Shown in pieces: positions 17,350 to 24,507 of a DNA stretch of 24,507 nucleotides. Within the stretch, counting starts at the first letter, position 1. Every line of letters begins with the position of its first letter. The position numbers were made by a program, and so were the translations under genes. Source of the stretch: Planctomycetota bacterium (GTDB taxonomy: Bacteria > Planctomycetota > UBA1135 > UBA2386). The stretch lies in the NCBI GenBank assembly GCA_947501605.1, contig CANMWZ010000047.1, positions 1 through 24,507 of the forward strand, given 5' to 3'. The notes under the pieces are model-generated. The model made no database searches. It saw nothing but the letters and a program-made list of their open reading frames with translations, and was not told the DNA's origin.

Positions 17350-17369
17350 CGGACCTTGCAGAGAGAGCC

Positions 17370-19229
17370 TCAGCAGCGCCGCTTGAAGTAGCGTTCGAGT
17401 TCGCTGGCAGAGAAGGTCAACACCGTCGGCCTTCCGTGCGGACAGTTGTGCGGGTGCTCCAGAGTCGCAGCCTCGCGCAGCAGGGCTTCGATCTCCGGCT
17501 CCGACAGGCGATCGCCGGCCATCACCGCCGAGCGACACGCCATGCTGTGGAAGCGCTCGACCAACTGCTCCTCGAGCCGCGCGCCCGCATCGTCCTCTGG
17601 GTCGATCGGCAACACGGCGTGCACGAGTCGCGCGGGGTCCGTGCGATGGAACACCGCGGGCACCGCGTGCACCGCGATCGCGGACGGCCCGAAGTCGTCG
17701 ATCTCGAGTCCACCGCGCAACAGCACCGCTCGGGCATCGAGCAGCCACGCCTTCTCGCTCGGCGACACATCGAGAACCGCAGGCACCAGCAACCGCTGCA
17801 TCTGGACCTGCCGCGCGCGGTGTTGGGCGCGCAGCCGCTCGTAGACGACGCGCTCGTGCAGCGCATGCTGGTCGACGACGATCAGTCCGTCCTCGCCCTG
17901 CAGCACAACGTAGAGGTCATGCGCCTGGAGGAACCGCACAGTTCCGCCATCCGCCGTCGCCGCGAACGGGTTCCTGCGCGCATCCTTGGCGAGGCGGGCG
18001 AAGTCGGCGGCGGTCGTAGCCGTCGGTCCGCCACGGCCACCTGCGGCGTGGTCGCCATCCTCGCGCTCGCGGACCACGATCGGCAGCGGCGCGGCTTCGT
18101 CGCGCGGGCGCAACGGCAACCGCGGCGAAAACAGATCCCGCGGCAACGACGGGAAGCCCGAGTGCGCGCGGGGCTTGTCCGGATCCACGACCAGCGCAGC
18201 GGTGCGGTCGGCTTCGCCCACGCTACCAGTTGCACTGCCCGTCGCCCGGCTGGCGAGCGCCGTGCGCACGGCCTCGTACAGACTGCCCGCCACGCGGCGG
18301 CTCTCGAGGAAGCGCACCTCGGCCTTGCGTGGGTGCACGTTTACGTCCACCTGGTCGGGCGGCATCGTCACCATCAGCGCCCAGATCGGAAACCGTCCGC
18401 CCATCAGGAACTCGCGGTAGGCCTGGCGCACGGCGAACACCGCACTGCGTTCGCTGGCGCGGCGGCCGTTTACGTAGAGCAACTCGAGCTTGCCGTCGCG
18501 ACGCGCGAGATCCGGTGAGCCACAGACACCCTCGATCTGCAGGCCGTTGCTGCTACGTGCGATCGGTAGCAGACCCTGGGACAGCTCACGGCCAAAGCAG
18601 CTGCCAAAACGCTCGCGCAGCGACTGCCCGGCGAGGAGGCGCAGGACTTCTTTGCCGTCGCTGAGAAAGGTCCAGTCGACATCGGTACGCGCCAAGGCAA
18701 GTTCGCAGAGCAGTTCTTGGATCCTGGCCTTCTCCGCCCCCGGAGACTTCAAGAAGCGGCGGCGTGCCGGCAAGCCATAGAACAGATCGCGGACCTCGAT
18801 CTGCGTGCCCTTGTTGCAACCGCACGGCTGCGGCGCGGTCTCGACGCCGCCGTCACAGCGCACTTGCCAACCCTCCTCGCGATCGTGGCGCCGCGACTTG
18901 ATCGTGCAGCGAGCGACGGAGCCGATGGAGGCCAAAGCCTCGCCGCGGAACCCCAGACTGGCGATGTGGTCCAGATCGGATAGCTCGGCGAGTTTGCTCG
19001 TGGCGTGGCTCGCGAACGCGAGCGGCATGTCAAGAGGTAGGAACCCACTGCCATCGTCGGTGATGCGCACGAGCTCGGTGCCGCCAGCTTGGATCTCGAT
19101 GCACAGACGCAGCGCGCCGGCGTCGAGCGCGTTCTCGACCAGTTCCTTCACGACCGAGAACGGTCGCTCGATCACCTCACCCGCCGCGATCTGGTTTTGC
19201 ACCTCGGGACGCAGAACGCGGATCACCAT
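17370..19229 (-). CDS. mutL: DNA mismatch repair endonuclease MutL
   Basis: NQIAAGEVIERP, VKELVENALDAG, HATSK, GFRGEAL and VDVNVHP.K.EVRF. Endonuclease motifs DQHALHERVVYE, ACR and CPHGRP. Clamp-binding motif QRLLVP. Confidence 0.97.
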   Translation of the reverse strand: MVIRVLRPEVQNQIAAGEVIERPFSVVKELVENALDAGALRLCIEIQAGGTELVRITDDGSGFLPLDMPLAFASHATSKLAELSDLDHIASLGFRGEALASIGSVARCTIKSRRHDREEGWQVRCDGGVETAPQPCGCNKGTQIEVRDLFYGLPARRRFLKSPGAEKARIQELLCELALARTDVDWTFLSDGKEVLRLLAGQSLRERFGSCFGRELSQGLLPIARSSNGLQIEGVCGSPDLARRDGKLELLYVNGRRASERSAVFAVRQAYREFLMGGRFPIWALMVTMPPDQVDVNVHPRKAEVRFLESRRVAGSLYEAVRTALASRATGSATGSVGEADRTAALVVDPDKPRAHSGFPSLPRDLFSPRLPLRPRDEAAPLPIVVREREDGDHAAGGRGGPTATTAADFARLAKDARRNPFAATADGGTVRFLQAHDLYVVLQGEDGLIVVDQHALHERVVYERLRAQHRARQVQMQRLLVPAVLDVSPSEKAWLLDARAVLLRGGLEIDDFGPSAIAVHAVPAVFHRTDPARLVHAVLPIDPEDDAGARLEEQLVERFHSMACRSAVMAGDRLSEPEIEALLREAATLEHPHNCPHGRPTVLTFSASELERYFKRRC

Positions 19230-20419
19230 TCGAATTCCTCGGGTTGCGGCACCGGCGCGCCGTCGAACCATCGCGACAAGAAACGCTCGAGCAAGACGTC
19301 ATCCTCTTCGGCGGACGAGCGACGTTCGCGCTGGCAGTGCAGCAATGCGAGGAGACCGTGCTCGAGCCCTCTGGCCGAGTTCTTCTGCACCTGCTGCTGG
19401 AAGCGCTCGACAAAGCCATAGACCCCGAGAGCGGCCGGCACTTCGCGCAGCGACATTCCGCCATCCACCAGCACGCGACCGTCGTACACCTGCCCGATCG
19501 CCTGGAACATCCAACTGGTTGCGAACGGAAACAGCCCGCCTTGGCCCATCCGCTTGCCGTCCCGCTGTTTGACGCCGCGCGCAAACATCGCGTGCAGCGA
19601 ACGCAGCGCTCGGCGGCGATCGCCGTCAAGCACGGCCTCGGCCAGCTCAAACGGTGTCGACTCGAAGCTGCACGTCAGCTTGCCGCGCAGATCCTCGGGT
19701 CCGAGGACCTTTGCATTCCCGGTCGGGAACTGGGTCACGAGTTGCTCGAGTTCGGCAGCGAGTGCCACTGGGTCCTTGCCGACTTGCACCGTCAACAGCA
19801 GCGCCGACTCGGGCGTGACCGGGACCTTGAGGCGCTTGCTGAGTGCGACTACCCACTGAACCAATTCGCCTTGCAGCGGTTGGTCCGCGCGACCGAACGG
19901 CGCCTCGTAGAGTTCGCGAAACTCGAAGACCGCACCGCTCGCGGCGAGTTCTTTGGCGAACTTCGTGCGCTTGTCGAGCTTTCTTGCCTCGAACACGAGA
20001 ATCGAGCCCTTCTTGATGCGCGGCGCAAACGTCGCGAGTGCTTGCGCGTAGCGCTGCATCCAACGGTCGCCTCGGCGGATGACCAATGCCGTCGATTGCG
20101 CGAACAAGCCCCCGCCGGCAAGCGGCAGCAGATCGCTGCAGTGCGTCTTGTCCGAAGCGTCGACGTCGCCACCGTCCGCCGAATCGTCCCCCGGCTCCGC
20201 ACCGTCGTCAGAGTCGCCGTCCTTGGTGCCGCGGAGGACAACGTCCTGCCCTTCGACGGTGAGAACTTCGACGTTCTTTGGCAAAGCCCCGAGCAACGCC
20301 TCGAGGCCACGCTCGCGGAACCACGAGTTGATGCCAACCAACGCAACGATGGACGGCAAGGTGCCCCGACACAGGGCACGCAGTCGATCGAGTTCCTTGT
20401 CTGGGTGCGGGGCGGCCAT
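19223..20419 (-). CDS. holA: DNA polymerase III delta subunit (HolA-like)
   Basis: GGGLFAQSTALVI, LDKRTKFAK, LVQWV, VGKD..ALAAELEQL and FELAEAVLDGDRRRAL match the HolA pattern. Size is about 400 aa. Confidence 0.8.
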   Translation of the reverse strand: MAAPHPDKELDRLRALCRGTLPSIVALVGINSWFRERGLEALLGALPKNVEVLTVEGQDVVLRGTKDGDSDDGAEPGDDSADGGDVDASDKTHCSDLLPLAGGGLFAQSTALVIRRGDRWMQRYAQALATFAPRIKKGSILVFEARKLDKRTKFAKELAASGAVFEFRELYEAPFGRADQPLQGELVQWVVALSKRLKVPVTPESALLLTVQVGKDPVALAAELEQLVTQFPTGNAKVLGPEDLRGKLTCSFESTPFELAEAVLDGDRRRALRSLHAMFARGVKQRDGKRMGQGGLFPFATSWMFQAIGQVYDGRVLVDGGMSLREVPAALGVYGFVERFQQQVQKNSARGLEHGLLALLHCQRERRSSAEEDDVLLERFLSRWFDGAPVPQPEEFEW

Positions 20420-20420
20420 C

Positions 20421-21275
20421 TCAGGAGAACAGGTAGATGTCGGCGGCGCCCGCCGCAAGCATCACGACGCTGAGGATTCCATTGCTGGTGAAGAAGGCGG
20501 CGTGGATATGGGACAGATCGCCTCGCCGCAAGAGCCAGTGCTGCCAGGTGAGCAGACAGGCAGCGGCAGCTAGGCCAAACGGAAACGCTACGTGGAGTCC
20601 GGCCGCGCGGCCGAAGGCGGCGAACAGGACCACGGCAAGCAGGTGCACAGTGCGCGCCATCCACAAGCTGACGGAGATCCCAAAGCGGGCTGGGATCGAG
20701 CGCAAACCGTGGCTCCGATCGAAGGCCTCGTCCTGGCAGGCGTAGGTGATGTCAAACCCAGCGACCCACAGGGCCACGCCGAGGGCCAACTGCAGCGGCG
20801 TCCCGAAGTCTGAGAAGTCGCCGCGCGCCGCTACCCAGGCCGCTGCCGGTGCGAGCCCCAGTGCGACCCCGAGCCACAGGTGGCAGAAGACCGTGAACTT
20901 CTTGGTGTGACTGTACAGCAGGAGCCAGAGCAGCACCGGAACACTCATCCTCGCGCACACGGGACCGAGCCCAATGCAGCAGACCAAAAACACAGCGCCG
21001 CTGAACACCGAGAAGGCAAGGGCCCGACGCGGGGTGATCGCGCGACGCGGAATCTCCCGGTTCTGCGTTCGCGGATTCTGCGCGTCGATGTCGCGATCGA
21101 CATAGCGGTTGTAGGCCATCGCCGCAGTGCGCGCCGCCACTACCGCGACGAGGCATAGCGCCAGAGTCGCTGCGCTCGGCGACGGATTCGCTGCGAGCAA
21201 TGCCAGCAGCGCGAAGGGCAGAGCAAAGATCGAGTGCGACAGCCTGATCAGCGAGGCGTAGTCGCGGAGGCTCAC
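20421..21275 (-). CDS. ubiA: UbiA-family polyprenyltransferase (MqnP-like)
   Basis: IRLSHSIFALPFA, ARTAAMAYNRYVDRDIDAQNPRTQNREIP, YSHTKKFT..CHLWLG and WVAGFDITYACQD..FDR..GLRSIPARFG. GTGA overlap with ubiX. Confidence 0.92.
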   Translation of the reverse strand: MSLRDYASLIRLSHSIFALPFALLALLAANPSPSAATLALCLVAVVAARTAAMAYNRYVDRDIDAQNPRTQNREIPRRAITPRRALAFSVFSGAVFLVCCIGLGPVCARMSVPVLLWLLLYSHTKKFTVFCHLWLGVALGLAPAAAWVAARGDFSDFGTPLQLALGVALWVAGFDITYACQDEAFDRSHGLRSIPARFGISVSLWMARTVHLLAVVLFAAFGRAAGLHVAFPFGLAAAACLLTWQHWLLRRGDLSHIHAAFFTSNGILSVVMLAAGAADIYLFS

Positions 21276-21952
21276 GGACGCTCTTCCTCTTCGTCCCATG
21301 GCGATGCGGAGGCAGCAGGATGGTCGCCATTTCCTGCAAGCCGATCGCCTGCCGGAGTGCGCCAACGCGGCTGCAGGGTGTGCTCGACGCCGAGCCGGTC
21401 GAGCACTTTGCCGACGACGAAATCCACGAGGTCCTGCACTGTTTGCGGGCGGTGATAGTAGCCCGGCATCGCCGGCAACATGATCGCTCCCGCCCGCGCA
21501 AGCTTGAGCATGTTCTCGAGGTGGATGACGGACAGCGGCGTCTCGCGCGGGACGACAACCAAGGGACGACCTTCCTTGATCGCAACGTCGGCCATTCGCT
21601 CGACGAGGTTGCTACTGAAACCGTGCGCGACACGGGCAAGCGTGCCCATGCTGCACGGGATCAGAATGGTCGCGGAGAGCTTGGCGCTACCCGAACTCGG
21701 CGTCGCCTCTACCGCGGCGAGGTCGTGAACGATCAACCGCTGGCGCAGCGAGTCCTCGAACAGGGCCGCCAGATCGGGTCGCAGTTGGTCGACGTCGAGA
21801 CCCGCTTCGTGCCGCATCACCCGAAGCGCGGCGCCCGTCGCGGCGAGGTGCACGGTGTGTCCGGCTTGCAGCAACACCGTCACGAGACGCAGGCCGTAAG
21901 CGATTCCCGAACCGCCGCAGAAGCCGATGGCGAACGCCCGCATCTCCGTCAT
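21272..21952 (-). CDS. ubiX: UbiX-family flavin prenyltransferase
   Basis: GGSGIAYG, SSGS, PCSMGTLA, NLVERMADVAIKEGRPLVVVPRETPL, HLENM and PAMPGYYHRP. Confidence 0.95.
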   Translation of the reverse strand: MTEMRAFAIGFCGGSGIAYGLRLVTVLLQAGHTVHLAATGAALRVMRHEAGLDVDQLRPDLAALFEDSLRQRLIVHDLAAVEATPSSGSAKLSATILIPCSMGTLARVAHGFSSNLVERMADVAIKEGRPLVVVPRETPLSVIHLENMLKLARAGAIMLPAMPGYYHRPQTVQDLVDFVVGKVLDRLGVEHTLQPRWRTPAGDRLAGNGDHPAASASPWDEEEERP

Positions 21953-22698
21953 TGTGGGTCGTGCGTGAGGAAGTAGTAGACGTCGTACATCGCGTGCGTG
22001 TAGACGCAGACGCCGAAGCCGCGGAACCAGAACAGGAACCCAAGCAGCACACCAGCCATCGCGCGGAACACGAACACGCCTTCATCCCAAGGCTCGCGAA
22101 GGTGATGGTGCAGCGAGAACAGCACTGCCGAGATCACCACTGCGAGAAGACCCCCGACCGCTGCTGGCATGCGGAACACCGCCGTGGAGCGCAGCCACAG
22201 CCACACCAACAGGGACATGAGGCCGAGGCGAAACACGAGCTCTTCGAAGATCCCCGCGCCCAGCGAACCGACGAGATCCTGCAGCAACCGCTGGTGGAAC
22301 TCGAAGCTACCAAGGAGTCGCGTTGCTGGATCCGCGAGCGCGCCGGCGAGTGGGCCGAGCATCAGTCCGTAGACCGTGCCCTCGAGTACGACCACCAGCG
22401 TCACGTGCACCCATGGGATCTCGCGGCGCACGACGGACTTCATCGCCAAGAACACCGCGATGCCGAACGCGATGCGCAACGCGCCGGCGCCAACCGGACC
22501 GAGGCGAGCGATCAAGTCCAGCAGCAGCCACTCGGACAAGTTGCGTTCGGACGAGGCGAGCGAGAGTCGTAGGCCTTCGTAGCACAGCCACAGCGGCAGC
22601 ACCGCGAAGAGGCCGACGGCGGGGTCGCGCGACCACGCGAAGTAGCCCTGCGCTTCGCGACGCACAGGGGTTGCCGGTTCAGCTTTCGACTTCGCCAC
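21949..22698 (-). CDS. CPBP (CAAX/Abi/Rce1) family intramembrane glutamic protease
   Basis: Motifs EELVFR, LFSLHH and HAMYD, with several TM segments. Confidence 0.85.
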   Translation of the reverse strand: MAKSKAEPATPVRREAQGYFAWSRDPAVGLFAVLPLWLCYEGLRLSLASSERNLSEWLLLDLIARLGPVGAGALRIAFGIAVFLAMKSVVRREIPWVHVTLVVVLEGTVYGLMLGPLAGALADPATRLLGSFEFHQRLLQDLVGSLGAGIFEELVFRLGLMSLLVWLWLRSTAVFRMPAAVGGLLAVVISAVLFSLHHHLREPWDEGVFVFRAMAGVLLGFLFWFRGFGVCVYTHAMYDVYYFLTHDPQ

Positions 22699-23371
22699 GA
22701 TAGACCGCGGCGATACCGCCGCTCAGCATGGAGAAACGTGCAGAGCGGAGGCCCGCACGAGTCATCAGTTCGGTGAAATGGCCGCGCTCCGGAAACTGCA
22801 TCACCGAGTCAGGCAGATACTGGTAGGCGCCGTTGTCAGAACCGGAAATCCAGCGGCCGAGCCGCGGCAACACATGGCGAAAGTACAGGAGATACAGACT
22901 GCCAAGGACGGGCACCCGTGGACGCGCAAACTCCAGCACGATGATGCGGCCGGATGGGCGCACGACGCGGGCCATCTCACGCATGGCCGCCACCGGGTCA
23001 ACGACGTTGCGGATGCCGAAGGCGACGGTTGCCAGATCAAAGGTGCCGTTGCGGAATGGCAACTCCATGGCATCGCCGCAGACGAAGTACGGACGTCCCT
23101 GCTTGCCGGTGGCTTTGCGTTCCGCATGCACGAGCATCGGCGCACAAAAGTCGGCGCCAATCACGCTGGCACCCAGACGCGAGAGGTGCAACGACAGATC
23201 GCCCGTGCCGGCGCAAACATCGAGCACACGCTCCCCGGGTTTGACGTCCGCGATCGCTGCGGCCTGCCTGCGCCAAAGGACGTCGATGCCGAGCGACAAC
23301 ACGCGATTGGCGCGGTCGTAGCCGTTGGCAACCTCGGCGAACATGCGCTGGATGACGGGCCCCTCGGGCAT
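22679..23371 (-). CDS. menG: Demethylmenaquinone methyltransferase (UbiE/MenG)
   Basis: MFAEVANGYDRANRVLSLGID..WR, VLDVCAGTGD, GDAMELPF, VAFGIRNV, LEF and AYQYLPDSV. Confidence 0.95.
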   Translation of the reverse strand: MPEGPVIQRMFAEVANGYDRANRVLSLGIDVLWRRQAAAIADVKPGERVLDVCAGTGDLSLHLSRLGASVIGADFCAPMLVHAERKATGKQGRPYFVCGDAMELPFRNGTFDLATVAFGIRNVVDPVAAMREMARVVRPSGRIIVLEFARPRVPVLGSLYLLYFRHVLPRLGRWISGSDNGAYQYLPDSVMQFPERGHFTELMTRAGLRSARFSMLSGGIAAVYRGEVES

Positions 23372-23431
23372 GGCTGCATTCTGGAGGGAGACCTTGGCGG
23401 ATGCTCGCGGCAACGTGGCCTTTCAACGAGC

Positions 23432-23455
23432 GCGGCCGGCACATGGGCCGGCCGC
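23432..23455. terminator. GC-rich hairpin, possible terminator of the upstream beta-propeller gene
   Basis: GCGGCCGGC-ACATGG-GCCGGCCGC (9-bp stem), about 60 nt after the stop at 23515. The U-tract is poor. Confidence 0.3.
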
Positions 23456-23514
23456 TACACCTGTCTCTCGTTGGCGGGCGCGGTCGCGGCGACCTCAGCA
23501 GAGACGCGCGGCCC

Positions 23515-24507
23515 TCACTGACGCCAGTAGGTACCGATGACGCGGACACCGGGCACGTCGATCGTGCGGATGCGGCGACCGCTCTGCACTTCGAAGACGT
23601 CGACCTTGCCCACGTCCGACAGCGCCGCGAACATCAGCTTCGGCTGGACCGCTGGGCCGACGGCGCCACCCACTGCCTTCACGGTGTGCTTGCCCGAGTG
23701 GTTGTAGGGCGTCTGCGCGGCCGAGCCGTTGAACTGCGTCACCTGACCGTAGGCACCGCCGAAGTTGGTCATCTCGTCGAGGGCGAGGTCGATGACCGAG
23801 TTGCCGCTGAGCAGGTCGCGGACCGGCGTCGTGGCGTTGAGGCCGCCGAACTTCTGCACGACCGCCCACTCCTTCTGGCGGAACGTCGGCGGCTGGATGA
23901 AGCCACCCGAGTTCGGGTTGAGCGGCAACTGGCCGACCGGCGAGCTGGTCATCGACAGGCGCGAGACCTGGCCGAGGCCGTTGTCATCGACGTGGCCGAT
24001 CAACACGCCACCGCCAGTCGACAACGGGTCGTAGGTCATCGCCCGTGCCCGCGGGAAGGTCGCGTTCGGGATCGTGCTGATGACGTCGTTGAAGCCGATG
24101 CCGTTGACACCGTCCGGACCCGATTCGTAGACGGCGAGCGTGCCGTTCGAGTTGAGGATGTAGGCGTAGTAGACGCCCTGCGCGAAGCCGTTGGCGACAT
24201 AGCGCTCGGTCGCGATGACTTCGGTCGGCGCGTTCAAGAAGCCGGACACCGAGCGCCGGACCGTGAAGTCGCTGGCGCGGATGATGCTCATGAAGTTCGA
24301 GTCGGTGCTGACGACGAGGATGTCCTCACCGTCGGGCTGCCAGCAGATGCCGGTGGGACCGCGCTCGACGCGCGTCTCGGCGACGATCTGGTGGAACGTC
24401 GGGCTCGTCGGGTCGATGTCGATGAAGCTGACCGTCGCGCTCGAGAAGTTCGACACCGCGAGGTGGGTCATGTTCGGCGCCATCGCCATGCTGATCGGAT
24501 CCGTCAG
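23515..24507 (-). CDS. C-terminal part of a YncE/YVTN-like beta-propeller protein (5' end outside the window)
   Basis: The frame is open to the window edge (LTDPISMAMAPN...). Blade motifs include LAVSNFSSATVSFIDID, VERGPTGICWQPDGEDILVV and GKVDVFEVQSGRRIRTIDVPG. Confidence 0.85.
   Translation of the reverse strand: MTDPISMAMAPNMTHLAVSNFSSATVSFIDIDPTSPTFHQIVAETRVERGPTGICWQPDGEDILVVSTDSNFMSIIRASDFTVRRSVSGFLNAPTEVIATERYVANGFAQGVYYAYILNSNGTLAVYESGPDGVNGIGFNDVISTIPNATFPRARAMTYDPLSTGGGVLIGHVDDNGLGQVSRLSMTSSPVGQLPLNPNSGGFIQPPTFRQKEWAVVQKFGGLNATTPVRDLLSGNSVIDLALDEMTNFGGAYGQVTQFNGSAAQTPYNHSGKHTVKAVGGAVGPAVQPKLMFAALSDVGKVDVFEVQSGRRIRTIDVPGVRVIGTYWRQ

Noticed and set aside
16569..18518. 649-aa plus-strand ORF
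   Set aside because: Off-frame over DUF1801 and antisense to mutL, with no recognisable domain.
19244..20473. 409-aa plus-strand ORF
   Set aside because: Antisense shadow of holA.
6431..23413. Long N-terminal extensions in the ORF track for aroDE, spoVG, folK-panC, MFS, DUF1801, mutL, holA, ubiA and menG
   Set aside because: They overlap upstream genes or precede the family N-terminus. Downstream starts give tight coupling or have an SD or -10 signal.

Overview
High-GC bacterial chromosome segment. The gene content suggests Planctomycetota (zinc-ribbon SpoVG, AroD-AroE fusion, exported HEAT and beta-repeat proteins), but this is an inference. The left end is the boundary of an integrated element: a tyrosine integrase (1065 to beyond the window edge, absent from the supplied ORF track) lies just downstream of an initiator tRNA-fMet. 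Between them are a terminator hairpin and two tandem 10-bp repeats that resemble integrase arm sites. The rest is mostly core genome on the minus strand: (i) pssA, a folK-panC fusion, ispE, spoVG, DUF2520/panG-like, aroDE, aroK and an exported HEAT protein; (ii) an MFS transporter and an exported protein with about 13 repeats; (iii) ispG and a DUF1801 gene on the plus strand; (iv) menG/ubiE, a CPBP protease, ubiX, ubiA/mqnP, holA and mutL; (v) the 3' end of a beta-propeller gene. The most notable points are the FolK-PanC fusion, the atypical catalytic residues and att architecture of the integrase, the unclassified repeat protein with a distinct C-terminal domain, and a recurring TANNNT hexamer 7-11 nt upstream of start codons that lack a Shine-Dalgarno site. 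I found no CRISPR array, defence system or clearly new multi-gene system.
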